Shown: positions 50,381-64,000, counted from the first letter of the stretch. The stretch: DNA of 64,000 bases from Mobula hypostoma (GCF_963921235.1 NC_086097.1:174780001-174844000); one strand, 5' to 3'. The notes: generated by a model not told the origin, from the letters alone. Program-made: numbers and translations.

Positions 50381-51181
50381 TCCTTTCACCTTTCCAGCAT
50401 GATGTGTGTGTTGAGGTGGTGGAAGATGGTGATTATGTATTGGATATACAGCGAGTCATACAGCATATTACCAAGCCCTTCGGCCCAACTGTTCCACGCC
50501 CACCAACATGCCCCATCCAAACCATTTGCCTACATTTGGCCCAGATCCCCTTGAACCGTTCCTAACTAAGTATATGACAAGTGCTTTTTAAATGTTGTTA
50601 ATGTACCACCTTCAGCTACTTCCTCCGACAGCTCATTCCATATACAGACTGCACTCTGGATGAAAAAGTTGCCCCTCAATCCTACTCCTATTCAATCTCT
50701 CCCCTCTCACCTCAAACCCATGCCCCCGCGTTCTTCATTCCCCAATCCTGGGAACAAGACTGAGTGCATTCACCCGATCGACACCCCTCATGATTCTACT
50801 CTCAGCAGTAATTATTTTTCACAGAAGAGCTTTGAATATTAATAACCAACATTATACTTTGTAAAGCTGTTAAGCTGTTAGAGTAGATTGCTCCAACGTG
50901 TAAAGGTGTAGAATTTCATTAATTACAGATTTTGACAAGCATTTTATATTAAACACTGAAATAAAATCCTTCTGAAAATATTACATTACAATTCAGAATA
51001 AAGTATTGTAGGACATTACTGACCTGGAATTGTTGACGGGTTTGGGAACTTCTGGGAGATGTGATTCCCCCACCTCTCACCACTCTGACCAATTACACAG
51101 CCTCTTAATCTTCAGTATTTTAAACTGAGAAATGTAAGTGTTCAAGGAACAATTTCATTTTAATTATTCTTTTTCTCCCAG

Positions 51182-51225
51182 GAATTCAATGAGGTTAATC
51201 TTGCCTCCAAGCCTGTTCAGGGATA
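51182..51225 (+). CDS. Candidate downstream exon of the plus-strand gene (EFNEVNLASKPVQG)
   Basis: Very strong acceptor (ttttaattattctttttctcccag); in frame with the 32973-33083 exon; ends either at a gtcagt donor or at an overlapping TAG. Confidence 0.35.
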
Positions 51226-51356
51226 GTCAGTATCCCCATTCCCTCGCTGGTCTCTAATGCTCCAAGAAATGTAGAATCCAGTGTGGTTGTTTGGTGTGGT
51301 ACATCATTTTTAATGATATTGAAAGGAAAAAAAGTTCAAGGTAAATTTATTATCAA

Positions 51357-51406
51357 TATACATATATATATGTGTGTGTGTTTGTGTATGTGTGTGTATA
51401 TATATT

Positions 51407-51440
<34 letters not shown>

Positions 51441-51547
51441 GTATGTGTGTGTATGTGTATATGTATGTATATATATGTGTGTGTATATATACACACACAG
51501 GTATATGTATGTATATATATGTGTGTGTATATATACACACACACACA
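51357..51547. repeat. Compound (TA)/(TG)/(CA) microsatellite
   Basis: Directly visible. Confidence 0.95.
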
Positions 51548-52959
51548 ACCCTGAGATTTATTTTCTTGCGGGCGTTCAGAGTAAATACAAAGAAACATAA
51601 TAGAATTAATGAAAAACCACACATAAAAAGATGGACGTAAGTGACCATTTCAGCCAGTTGATCAGCACAGGTCTTCTGTACTCAACCAGGTACCCTGTCT
51701 GGGCCAGGTGCTTTCCTGGTTTCCTAGTTCACCCTCCTGAAGGATCCTCTCACGTCATCCTCAGAGTTAAATCACAAGGTCGCTGGGGGCTGTGGGAGTT
51801 TAGGAATGTTCTTCCATGTTTTGCTCCATGTTTAAAAAAAACTTAGATAACGGATCTTGATATATCATCACCGAAATTTAAACAAAAACAGGGTTTTATT
51901 TTAATTCATCAACAAAGGCAGATAGGTGACATTTTAGGTTAAAAATTAATCCATTTTTGAATAGCAAAGCAAAATCGAGGACTGTGTTAACTGTGGCAGG
52001 GAGCTAGTTCAATAGTTCCACTTTACCTGGTGTTTACGGGTATTGTAGATCAGAACCAGAAGAAAACTAAAAGATAATCTGTTTCCTCCCTTTATCTGAG
52101 AATTTGAAAGATTCACTACCTTCTGAAAAAAGACATTTCTTCACATATGGTTCTAAATGACTAACCTCTACTTTTGGACTTTGACTCTTGTTTCTAGACT
52201 CCAAAGCAAAAGTAAATATTATCTCTGTCATGCACAGTAAAAATTTGTATTCTCCAATGAGATCATCTCCCTTTCCAAAGTAAATGGGCCCAGCCTACTT
52301 ACTTTCTCTAAGTGTGTTCTTCCTGTGGTAGACACACCAGATATGTACACAATGTTCTGGCATCTTAGCAGCATTCAGTATAGTTACCCTGAGATGAAGT
52401 TCAAGTTTATTGTCATTCAACCAATCAGAATCAGGTTTAACTACCACCAGCATATGTTGTGAAATTTGTTAACATTGTGGCAGCAGTACAATGTAAAATA
52501 TGGTAAACATAGAAAAAGAGTAAATAAGCCAATCAATTACAGTAAGTATGTGTATATATAAATATATATATATTAGTTAAAATAGTTCAAAAACAGAAAA
52601 TATAAAATTGAGGTAGTATTTGTGGGTTCAATGTCCATTTAGGAATCAGATGGCGGAGGGGAAGCAGCTGTTCCTGAATCGTTGAGTGTGTGACTTCAGG
52701 CTTCTGTACCTCCTACCTTATGGTAACAGTGAGAAAAAGGGCATGTCCTGTATACAGTTAAACAAAATAATTTTCCTCGGGACCAAGGTCCAAAGCACAA
52801 TACATATCACATAGAGCGTATCAAATAATACTAACACAGTAATATTAACATATATTTTAAAAAGCATTCTGTAGATGTACAAGTGAGATTAAGTGCATAT
52901 ACGGCATATAGATAAGTATACAAACGATATATAGCAGTTGTCTTGTACTGAGAGCTTGT

Positions 52960-53830
52960 ATTTGACCATGAGATATCGGAGCAGAATTAGCCTCTTCAGT
53001 CCATTGAGTCTGCTCCACCATCTCAACATGGCTGATTTACCATCCCTCTCAACCCCAATCTCCTTTTAAACTACTGAATGACTTTGCCTCCATAGGCATC
53101 TGCAGAAGTGAATTCCAACTCATTCTAATGCTTCTCTGTTCTAAGTGGATGTCCCTCTATTCTGAGGCTGTGCCCTCTGGCCCTAGACTCCCTCACTATA
53201 GGAAATATCCTCTCTGTCTAGGCCTTTTAATATTCGATAAGCTTCAATGTGATCCCCCCTCATTCTTCTAAACTCCAGCAAGTACAGGCACAGAGCCATT
53301 GAATACTCCTCATTCATTAACCCTCTCATTCCCGGAGTCATTCATGTGAACCTCCTCTGGACCTTCTCCAATGCTAACACATCTTTTCTCAGATAAAGAG
53401 CCCAAAACTGTTCACGATACTCCTACTGTGATCTGACCGTTGCCATATAAAGCCTCAGCACTACATCCTTGCTTTTCTATTTTAGTCCTCTCAAAATAAA
53501 TGTTCACTTTGCATTTGCCTTCCTCACCACTGACTCAATATATAAGCTAACCTGTAGGGAATCCTGCGTGAGGACTCCTAAGCCCCTTTGTATTTTTGTT
53601 CCTGTATAGAAAATAGCCTACACATTTATTGACATATAACATGAAAAGAATCAGTTCCAACAACAACCCCTGCGGAACGCCAACATCTTTCCAACCACTA
53701 AAGTCAGTCTAACTGGCCTTTTAATTTCCTTTCTTCTGCCTCCCTCCCTTTTTAAAGTGTGGACTGACATTTGCAATTTTCCAGTCCTCCAGAACCCATT
53801 TCAGAATATAGTGATTCTTGAAAGATAATT
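52960..53830 (-). mobile_element. Decayed CR1 3' fragment with internal deletions
   Basis: Similar to the CR1 at 21681-23530. Confidence 0.75.
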
Positions 53831-53935
53831 ATTAGTGAGATTACACCTGAACCTGGGGGGGACCAACGTCCTTCTGGGCAGGTTTGCTAGAGCTGTTTGG
53901 GGGCAGGGTGGAGTTAAACCGATAACCTGTACCTC

Positions 53936-55682
53936 AAACAAGAGAAAACCTGCAGATGTTGGAAATCCAAGCAACACACACGCAATGCTGGAGGAGCTCA
54001 GCAGGCCAGGCAGCATCCATGGAAAAAGCTATCGTCGATGTTTTGGGCTGAGACCCTTCGGCAGGACTGGAGGGAAAAAAGATGAGTCAGAGTTAGAAGG
54101 TGGGGGGAAGGGAGCACAAGGTGGTAGGTGAAACTGGGAGAGGCAGAGGGGGTGAAGTAAAGAGTGGGGAAGTTGATTAGTGAAAGAGATGCAGGGCTGG
54201 AGAAGTGGGAGGCTGAAAGAAGAGGACACAAGGCTGTGGAAGAAAGAAAAGGGGGAAGAGTACTAGAAGGATGTGATGAGCTGGTAAGGAGATAGGTGAG
54301 AGAGGGAAAAGGGAATGGGGAATGGTAAGGGAGTTGTGGGGGGGTGCTTTACTGGAGGTTCAAGAAATCAATGTTCATGACATCAGATTGGAGGCTACCT
54401 GGATGGAATATAAGCTGTCACTCCTCCAACCTGAGTGTGGACTCACTCTGCCAACCTGTTACTTGTATTATACCTTTTCCGACCCTCTTACTTGTAAAAA
54501 CGCTGTCCCCTTCTCTCAATTCCTCCATCTCCACTGCATCTGTTCTCAGGATGAGGTTTTTCATTCCAGAATGAAGGGATGTCCTCGTCCTTCAAAGAAA
54601 AGGGTTTCCTTCCTCCACCATCAACGCAGCCCTTAACTCCATCTCTTACAGTTCACGCACGTCTGCCCTCACCCCATCCTCTCACCATCCCACCATGGAT
54701 AGGGTTCCTCCTGTCCTTACCTACCACCCTACTAGACTCCGCACCTAGCACATAATTCTCCATAAATTCTGCTATCTCCTATGGGATTCCACCACCAAGC
54801 ACATCTCCCTCCCCCCGCCAAACATTCTGCTCACCGCAGGGATCGCTCCCTTCTCGACTCCCTTGTCCGTTTGTCCCTCCCTACTGGTGCCTCTGGCACT
54901 TATCCTTGCAAGCAGAACACGTGCTACACCTCCTCCCTCACTACTATTCAGGGCCCCAAACAGTCCTTCCAGATGAAGCAACACTTCACCTGTGAGTCTA
55001 TTGGGGTTATCTACTATATCCGGTGCTGCCAGTGTGACCTCCTGTATATTCGTGAGACCTAATGTAGATTGGGAGACCGTTTCGCCAAGCACCTAAGCTC
55101 CGTCCACCAAAAAAAGCTGTATCTCCCAGTAGCCACCCATTTTAATTCCACTTCCCATTCCCATTCCAACATGTCAGTCCATGGTGTCTTCTACTGTTGT
55201 GATGAGGCCACACTCAGGTTGGAAAAGCAACACCTTATATTCTGTCTAGTAATCTGCAACCTGACAGCATGACCATTGTTTTCTCGAACTTCCAGTAATG
55301 CTTTCCACTCTCCATCAGCATCCCCCATTTCCTTTTCCCTCTCTCACCTTATCTCCTTACCTGCACATCACCTCCCTCAGTGCTCCTCCCCCTTTCCTTT
55401 CTTCCATGGCCTTCTGTCCTCTCTTATCAGATTCCTCCTTCTCCAGCCCTTTATCTCTTTCGTCAGTCAACTGCCCGGCTCTTCACTTCACCTCTTCCCC
55501 TTCCTCCTGTTTCACCTACCACCTTGTGTTTTTCCCTCCCTTCCCGCCCACCTTCTAACTCTGACTCCTCATCTCTTTTTCTCCAGGCCTGATGAAGGGT
55601 CTCGGCCCGAAACATCGACTATACTCTTCTCTATAGATGCTGCTGCCCTGCTGCGTTCCTCCAGCCTTTTGTGTGTGTTGCT
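53936..55682. mobile_element. Penelope-like insertion with inverted structure (minus arm ~53936-54446, plus arm ~54447-55682)
   Basis: Plus arm has PFSQFL, FTCESIGVIYYIRCCQCDLLYIRET and ATHFNSTSH (GIY-YIG). Both arms end outward in a terminal repeat with a hammerhead-like motif. Sits inside a CR1 ORF1 end. Confidence 0.85.
55585..55620 (+). ncRNA. Minimal hammerhead motif, partly degenerate
   Basis: AGGC-CUGAUGA-AGGGUCUCGGCCC-GAAA-CAUC/GACU; core intact, helix I and the helix III palindrome mutated. Confidence 0.65.
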
Positions 55683-55699
55683 CTTCTGTCTGATCTCTC

Positions 55700-57300
55700 C
55701 ATTACACTAGCACAGGTCTTTTGGCAAGGGGATGGCAACTGGAGTGATAGGGTGATGGTGTGCAAGTTGCTTCAGTGTGTATTGAAACTTTGAGGAAGGA
55801 TAGGTGACGAGATGGGGCAAAATTACTGTCAATGTGATGAGTTAAAGTGTAACATGAGAGCAAAATCAAAAAGGATGATGAATACAGGACTGAAGGTGTT
55901 ATATTGGAATGCACTCAGTACACAGAATAAGGTAGCTGATCTTTTGGTGCAGTTAGAGATTGGCAGGTATGGCATTTTGGGCATCATTGAGCGTGACTGA
56001 AGGAAGATCATATTTGGGAGATTAACATCCAAAGTTACACATTGTATTGAAAGGACAGGCAGGTAAGCAGAGTGACTGGAGTGGTGCTGTTGGCAAAAAA
56101 TCAAATCAAATCCTTAGAAAGAGGTGACATTGGGTTAGAAGATGCCAAATCATCATGAGTAGAGCTAAGAAACTACAAGGGTAGAAAGACCCTGGTGGGA
56201 GTTATAAACAGGGCACTGAATGGTAGCCAGGATATTGAATATAAACCTCAACAGGAAATAGAAAAGGAATGTGATAAGGGCAATATTACAATAGTCATGG
56301 GGTTTCAAATAAGCAGGAAGAGTGGGAATATCTGGTTGGTTCTGGATTTAAAAAGAGGGAATTTGTAGGATGCTGAAGAGATGGCTTTTTAGAGCAGCTT
56401 GTGTTTGAACCCACTAGAGGAAAGGCCAATATGGACTGGATGTTGTGTAATGAACCACTTTTGATTAGGGAGCTTAAGGCAAAGGTACCCTTGGGAGGCA
56501 GTGATCATAATCTGATAGAATTCAGTTTGAGAGGGAGAAGATAAAGTCTCATGTATCAGTATAACAGCAATGCAAAATGAATTGCAGAGGCAGGAGCTAG
56601 CCAAAGATGATTAGAAAGGGACGCTAACCGGGTTGATAGTAGAACAGGAATGGCTGTAGTTTACGGGGGCAGTTTAAAGGCATAGGTTAGATACTTATAT
56701 TATTGTCACCAAACAATTGATACTAGAGTGTACAATCATCACAGCAATATTTGATTCTGCGCTTCCTGCTCCCTGGAGTACAAACCGATAGTAAATATTA
56801 AAAATTTAAATTATAAATCATAAACAGTAAAGAGAAAATTGAAAGTAAGGTAGTGCAAAAAAAAACGAGAGGCAGGTCCAGATATTTGGAGGGTACGTCC
56901 CAGATCCGGGTCAGGATCCGTTCAGCAGTTGGAAAGAAGCTGTTCCCAAATCTGGCCGTATGAGTCTTCAAGCTCCTGAGCCTTCTCCCGGAGGGAAGAG
57001 GGACAAAAAGTGTGTTGGCTGGTACATCCCAAAGATCAAAGAGTATTTTAGAGTGAGGAAGAGGCAAACATGGCTGATGAGAGGTCAGAGAAAGCATAAA
57101 AGCAAAAGAGAGGGCATATGATATGGCAAAAATTAGTGGGAAATTAGAGGATTGGGATGCTTTTTAAGGAGAGAAAAAGATGAAATATGAGGATAAACTG
57201 GACAGTAATATCAAAGAGGATACCAAATTTTTTTTCAGGTATAGTACTGTGCAAAAAACTTGGGCATCCTGGATATTGGGCCTCCAGAAAATGATGCTGG
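55700..57300 (+). mobile_element. Decayed CR1 (endonuclease region) with a Rex-type 3' insertion at ~56690-57020
   Basis: LKVLYWNALSTQNKVADL; insert encodes LPSGRRLRSLKTHTARFGNSFFP on the minus strand. Confidence 0.75.
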
Positions 57301-57714
57301 AGAGACCATTCGATATAGGAGCCACAGTTGGTCATTTGGCCCATCGAGTCTGCTCCACCATTTCATCATGGCTGATCCATTTCCTTTTCAGCCCCGAACT
57401 CCTGCCTTCTCCCTGTAATCCTTCATGCCTTGAGTAATCAAGAATCTATAAACCTCTGTCTTAAATATACCCCATGACTTGACCTCCATAGCAGCCTGTG
57501 GCAATGAATTCCACAAATTCACTACATTCTAGCTAAAGAAATTCCTGCTCATTGCTGTTCTAAATGGACGTCCCTCTATTATGAGGCTGCATCCTGTGGT
57601 CTTAGACTCCCCCACCACAGTAAGCATCCTCTTTACATCCACTCTATTGCAGTCTTTCAACGTTCGATCGGTTTCAATGAGAACCCCACCCTCCCTTTCT
57701 TCTGAATTCCAGAG

Positions 57715-58100
57715 AGTAGTAGTAGTAGTCATACTTTATTGATCCCGGGGGAAATTGGTTTTCGTTACAGTTGCACCATAAATAATAAATAGTAATAAAA
57801 CAATAAATAGTTAAATAGTAATATGTAAATTATGCCAGGAAATAAGTCCAGGACCAGCCTATTGGCTCAGGGTGTCTGACCCTCCAAGGGAGGAGTTGTA
57901 AAGTTTGATGGCCACAGGCAGGAATGACTTCCTATGACGCTCTGTGGTTGCATCTCGGTGGAATGAGTCTCTGCTGTGCCCAACCAGTATGTTATGTAGT
58001 GGATGGGAGACATTATCCAAGATGGCATGCAACTTGGACAGCATCCTCTTTTCAGACACCACCGTCAGAGAGTCCAGTTCCATCCCCACAACATCACTGG
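57715..58100 (-). mobile_element. Rex1/Babar-like 3' fragment
   Basis: ILDNVSHPLHN...TERHRKSFLPVAIKLYN, aataaag and a (tac)n tail. Confidence 0.8.
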
Positions 58101-58104
58101 CCTT

Positions 58105-60370
58105 GCTCTTTATATATTTGAAGAAACTTTTGGTATCCTCTTTAATATTATTGTTTGCTTATCTTCATATTCGATCTTTTCCTTCTGATGACTTTTCAGT
58201 TGCCTTCTGGTGGCTTTTAAAACTTCCCACTAATGTTTTCCTATTATATGCCCTCTCTTTGACTTCCCTTGTCAGCCACGATTGTGTCATCCTGACTTCA
58301 GAATATTTATTCTTCTTCTAGGTGGACATATATGTATCTATATGCTCCAGCCATTGCTGCTCTACCATCATCCCTTCTAGTGTGTTCTTCCAATCAACTT
58401 CGGCCAATTTCTCTCTCATGCCTCTGTAATTTCCTTTACTCCACTTTAATACTGACGCATCTGACTTTAGCTTCTCCCTTTCAAACTGCAAGGTGAATTC
58501 TATTATATTAAGATCACTGCTTCCTCAGGGTTCCTTTACCTTAAGCTCCCTAATCAAATCTGCTTCATTACACAACACCTAGTCCAAAATTGCCTTTTGC
58601 CGATTGAGTCAACCGCAAGCTGCACTAAAAAAATCATTTTGTAGGGATTCTACAAATTCTCTTCGCTTGGAATCCCGCACCAACCTGATTTTCCCAATCT
58701 ACCTGCATTTTGAAATCCCGCATGACTATCATAACATTGCCCTTTTTACATGTCTTTTCTATCTCCTCTTGTAATTTGTACCCCACATCTTGACTACTGT
58801 TGGGGTCCTGTATATTCCTTCCATCAGGGTCTTTTTACCTTTGCATATTCTTAACTCTACCCACAATGATTTGGCATCTTCTGATCCAATGTCACCTCTT
58901 TCTAAGGATTTGATTTGATATTTTGCCAACAGAGCCACTCCAATCCCTCAGCTTACCTGCTTGCCTTTTCAATACAATGTGTTTCCTTGGATGTTGAGCT
59001 CTCAGCCATGATCTTCTTTCAGCCACGGCTCGGTGATGCCCACACATTCTACCTGCCAATCTCTAACTGTGCTACAAGATTGTCTACCTTATTCCATTTA
59101 CTCCTTGCACCTTCATCACCCTTTTCAATTTTGCTGCATTGTTAACTTCAACTCCTCCTGCAGACTGCAATTTTGTTTAGTAATTAGCCTGTCGTTCTGC
59201 ACAGTCTAACTGCTCACGACATCTAATTGTACACCTAACTGCCCCAACCTCCGTACTATCACTCTGGTTCCCATCCCCCGCCAAATTAGTTTATACCCTC
59301 CCAACAGCTCTAGCAAACCTGCCTACAAGGATATTGGTCTCCCTCGGTTTCAGGTGTAACTCGTCCTTTTTGTACATGTCGTACCTTCCCCTGAAGAGAT
59401 CCCAATGATCCAAAAATATGAAACCCTGCTCCCTGTACCTGTTCCTCAGCCACATACTCATCTGCCAAATCCTCCTATTCTCACCCTCACCGACATATGG
59501 AACAGGCAGCAATCCAGAGATTATTACCCTGGAGTTCCTGCCTTTTACTTTCTACCTAGCCCTCTATATTCTCCCATCAGGAAATCCTCCCTTTTCCTGC
59601 CTGTGTTATTGATACCAATATGTACTACAACTTCCAGCTGCTCACTCTCCCCCATTGGAATTCTGTGGATCCAATCTGAGACATCCCTGACCCTGACACT
59701 GGGAGATAACATAGCATCTGGGAGTCTCTTTCACATCCACAGGATCTCCTCTCTGCTCCTCTAACCATGGAATCCCCTATCACTACTGCACTTCCCCCTC
59801 CACAATTGTGTTCAAAGTGATATACCTGTCATTGAGGGGAACAGCCACAGGGTACTCTGCACTGGCTGCTTATTGCTTTTTCCCCCTCTTGATGGTCACC
59901 CAGTTATCTGTGTCCTGCACCTTAGGTGTAACTACCTCCCTATATGTCCTGTTGACCAACCCCTTAGCCTCCCAAATGAGCCAGAGTTCATCCAGTTCCA
60001 CTTCCAGTTCCTTAATGTGGTCTGAAAGAAGCTGCAGATGGATGCACTTGCAGGTATAGTCATCAGGGACACTGGAAGTCTCCCTGCCTTCCTACATCCT
60101 GAAAGAAGAGCATTCCACTATCCTATCTGACATACACTTAACTATGCAATAAGAAGAAAAGAAAGAAAAATTAAACAAAACATCTAACTACAACCTTCAC
60201 CTCTCCTAAGCTTCAATGAGCCAAAACCTGAACTCTCCACTCTAACACTGGCCCACTCACACAATGAGTGCTCCTACAATGGTCACTTAAACCAAGTCTT
60301 TTTTTAATTGGCCCTTGCCAAGTGCCTGAACGTGCACAATCCAAATTCTCCTTGGGAACCCTGGTGTGCA
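58105..60370 (-). mobile_element. Decayed CR1 5' half (5' UTR, ORF1 finger/SGNH esterase, endonuclease)
   Basis: QGFIFLDHWDLFRGRYDMYKKDELHLKPRETNILVGRF (SGNH-type ORF1 end), followed by EN remnants. Confidence 0.8.
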
Positions 60371-61344
60371 GAAAGTCCCAACTTCCTCCAGTCACTTCTT
60401 TTGAACTCTCTCTTCTACTATGGAATCCAACATCTCCTCTGGAACTGTGGCACGCACTGAGGACTAATGGAATGGTATGGAGGACATGTATTATGAGGAA
60501 AGGTTGGTCAAGCTGGGGCTGCTTTATAGGCTGCTGAAGGGAGATTTGATAGAAATTTAGAAAATTATGCAAGGGTTCAATAAAATAGACAGCCAGTATC
60601 TTTTTCCCAGGATTAAATGTTTAGTTGTGGGGGGTTTGTAATTAAAATGAGGTGGGGGGAAGTACAAAGGATATGTGTGACTCTAGTATTTTACACAGAG
60701 AGTGGTGTTGCAATGCCAGGGTTGGTGGTGGAAGCAGGTGCAATAGAAATATTCAAGAATCTCCTGTACCAGCACATTTGTGTATCAAAAGGGGAGGAAT
60801 GTAGTCAATGTGTGGGGAAGAGGGGTTAGATTAATTAGGAGTCATTGGTTTAATTAGTTTGGCGCAATGCCATAGATTGCAGGGCCTGCTTTCTGCTATA
60901 ATGTTCTATGTTCTGTGTATGGTTTGCCTTCCAATTTATGGCTGTACCTGCCTGTTAACTTCCTATTATTTTCCTAGAAACACGTTCGGTTCCTCCTGAA
61001 CACTAACAGCTTTTAGTTTCCTACCGTTTAAAAGATATTTCACTTTTCTATTTTTCCTACAAAAGTGTGTGACAAAACACTTCTCCACATTATTTTCTAT
61101 TGGCCTGTCTGTGCCCATTCACTTAACCTATCTATATCCCCCTACAGCTCCTCTGTCTCCTCCACACAGCTCACACTGCCAGCTTCGTATTATCATTCCA
61201 CCTGGGTGTATGACCCTTGGTTCTCTTCCTCTGACTGATGGGCAAAGGATGAAAGCAATCCCTACCTCACAGTGTCCGTGCTCAAAAATAAGCTGATTAT
61301 TCACACTCTCGGATTCCTGACCATTAACCAATCCTCCGTCTGTG

Positions 61345-61875
61345 TCAACACACACACGAAATGCTGGAGGAACTCAGCTGGACAGGCAACACCCGGGGAG
61401 GAGAATAAACAATCAATGTTTTGGGCCAAAACCCTTCATTGGGTCTGGAAGGGAAGAGAACAGAAGCCAGAATAGAAAGGTTGGGGGAGGGGAGGAGTAT
61501 AAGCGGACAGGTGATAGGTGAGACCAGGTGGGGTGGAGGGGATAAACGGGAATGATGTGAAATGCTGGGAGGTGGGCGGTGGATGAGAAGAGGCAAAGGG
61601 CTAAAGAAGATAATTGTGATTGGAGAGGACAGTGGATCATGGACAAAAGGGAAAGAGGGGAACCAGGAGGCGATTAGCAGACTGTGCAAATGGGTAGGGG
61701 AAAGGGAGAGGGATCCGTGCATGGGAATGGAGGAAAACAAAGGCGTAGGGGAATAGAAAACAGAGAGGAGGAATCAATGTTGATACCACCAAGTTGGAGA
61801 TTACCCAGATGGAAAATGAGGCATTGTTCCTCTAAACATCAATGTGGCGTAGAGGAGGTCACAGGAAGAACGTGC
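61345..61875 (-). mobile_element. Penelope-like 3' fragment with degenerate hammerhead
   Basis: pLTR motif, agacccaatgaagggttttggcccaaaacattgat (minus strand), purine-rich spacer, GIY-YIG tail. Confidence 0.75.
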
Positions 61876-64000
61876 AAACAAACACCCAAAGGCAGGAAGG
61901 AACCCACGTGGCTGGAGTATGAGGGAGTGCTGTGTTGCTGTTTGTTTAAATTACTAGATTAGTTGTCCGCAGTATATGAATTCACAGCTCTGGGATTCAA
62001 ACTTCGGCAAGGTCGGTCACTCGAGGGCGTGGATCGAAGTGGGGGGGTTGGAGGGGACCTGAGTGGGAGAGGTCTGAAGCTCGCAGCCTGAGAGGCTGGT
62101 TGAGGGAGAAACCCTCACTATATTTAAAAAGTGCCTGGAGGTGTCCTTGATGTGCTGTGACTTACAGGGTCCAGTGCCAAGAGCTGGGAAATGAGAATAT
62201 GCTAAAACACCTCTGTTACCAAAGACTCCAGCTATGCATGAATTTCTCTGATTATCTGTTTAGTATATGCGGAATGACCCGCAGATTATTTTTAAAATGC
62301 ACAACAGTACAATACAAGATCAAGCCCTTCTGCCCACATTATTATGCCGGATTACTTAATGACGTACTAGTTAAATAAATCCCTTCTGCCGTATCTCTCC
62401 ATTCTCTGCATATGCATGTGCCTATCTAAGAGCTCTTAGGTGCCTTGTAATTGCCTCCACCACCGCCTCTGGCAGTGTATTTCAGGCACCAACTGCTCTG
62501 CGTGTAAAAGAAAAACTTGCCTTGCACATCTCCTTTAAATTTTCCCTCTCACCTTAAACACATACCCTCTAGTGTTAGACAGTTAGACTCGGGGAAACAG
62601 ATATCTACTGTTTATTCAAACTATGCCGCTCATAATTTTATAAAATTCTGGCAGGTATCCCCTTAGCTTCCACCCCTGCGGCACATTTTTGGCACCTAAT
62701 TAAAGAAATCCCTATACCGCTGCCGTAACACAACAAAATTTCCAGTCATATGCCAATGATAACAAATCTGTTTCTGATATCCATATCTCTCTGTTCTCTA
62801 TAACCTCAGCAGGAGTTCCATCACCTACCTCTTCTGATTGCTATGTGTGTAACTGTAAATTGAACGTAAAAACTGACTGTGGCTCCTACCATTTTACTGG
62901 TGTTGCATTCATCAGGAATGTGATCGAGTCATCACTCAAATCACACTCAGCTTACTCCAGATACTCTCCATTTACTGCTCCCTGGATTGTGTGAGAGTTG
63001 AGACGTAATCAGCGCCACTCAGTAGGAAATGGAGCCTGCTAATAGATGCTGACGGCAGAAACTGTGCTAATAGTGTTGCAGGTATCTGTAGCAAGGAAAA
63101 TTATTAGGCAGGCATTCCAGGTAGTTACAGCTCGGGTTTCACTGTTGGGATTTGCAGAAACATGCAATAACTGCCCTGAGCAATTCATCCCTGGTCAACC
63201 GCTTCCACTTCAACTACCAGAGCTCAAGACGCTGTGTTTTAAAAAAAAATCTCTTCTCACCACCACCCTCCCCCCACTGGTTTTTCCAACCGTTATTGTC
63301 AATCTGTGCCCTCTGAGAGTTACTGACCTTCCTGGGAAAACACGCAAAAAGATGGGAGCAGGAGTACTGAAAAGTTGATTTTATTGTTGGATGCACAAGT
63401 GCAATGAAAAACTTATCGCAGCAGCTTCAGATTCAGATTTACTTCCACTGACTTAGATGATTTGTTGTTTTGTGCAGCTGCACAGTGCAAAGACATAAAG
63501 TTACTACAAATTACAAAAATTAAATAGTGCCAAATAAAGGAATTACATGGAGCCATCACAGGTACGTAGATATAGAGGCACAACATTCACATGAAAAACA
63601 TAATTTAAAGATATACAAAATTATACAAGGTACGGCACAACATCGTGGGCTGAATGGCCTGTACTAAAGAACACAATTAGAAAAATAAATAAAGTCCATT
63701 TAGTGCCGTTGCGGTACTGAGGCAGTGATTAATGTTGTGCTGGTTGGTTCAAGGATCGAATAGTTGAAGGGAAATAGCTGTTCTTGAACCTGGGCAGGTG
63801 GGATTTCAGGTTTTTGTTCCTCCTGTCTGATGGTGCCTACATCTTGGGAGTAAGTTAAATGAACAACTACCCATCAACATTGCTCTTCAGCAACAGATAA
63901 GCATTTTTGTCATTGGTTGTAAAGTTTTAGAAGGTGCCAAGATAAGATCCAAAAAGGAAATTGTCAGATATTGGAAAGGTAAAAGTGGGTTTAGCATTGA

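Noticed and set aside
50315..50390. Possible tRNA gene
   Set aside because: A and B boxes are present but there is no acceptor-stem pairing or T-run terminator; better explained as a SINE head.
51310..51648. Several overlapping Y/I/H/T/C/V-rich ORFs
   Set aside because: Translations of a dinucleotide microsatellite.
62926..63378. Possible plus-strand exon(s) and the 110-aa ORF 63046-63378
   Set aside because: No consistent frame with upstream candidates and no recognisable domain.
1..64000. CRISPR arrays, operons, rRNA or prokaryotic defence systems
   Set aside because: Eukaryotic repeat-rich DNA; no regularly spaced repeat-spacer array or gene-dense region seen.

Overview
Eukaryotic, repeat-saturated genomic DNA. 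The repeat spectrum (CR1 LINEs, Penelope-like elements, V-SINE/HE1-like and Deu-domain SINE remnants, Rex1/Babar, RTE, Gypsy and BEL LTR elements) points to a cartilaginous fish (shark/ray); this is an inference. Most long ORFs are transposon remnants. The clearest host feature is a CpG-rich promoter at ~32.7-33.15 kb with a plus-strand first coding exon (32973-33083). There are also weak candidate exons of a divergently transcribed minus-strand gene; I could not name either gene. Highlights: (1) minimal hammerhead ribozymes in the Penelope terminal repeats, including a young, TSD-flanked, RT-less Penelope derivative with an intact ORF; (2) the right end of a Tc1 element closely matching Sleeping Beauty (salmonid Tc1 subfamily), a horizontal-transfer candidate; (3) a hAT-type MITE family with 6-bp TSDs and a BED-finger remnant; (4) 5'-end+3'-end bipartite retroelements from four clades; (5) a diverged ~140-bp duplicated two-hairpin sequence. 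Nothing here is demonstrably a new biological system. All family assignments come from motif recognition without database searches, and boundaries of decayed repeats are approximate.
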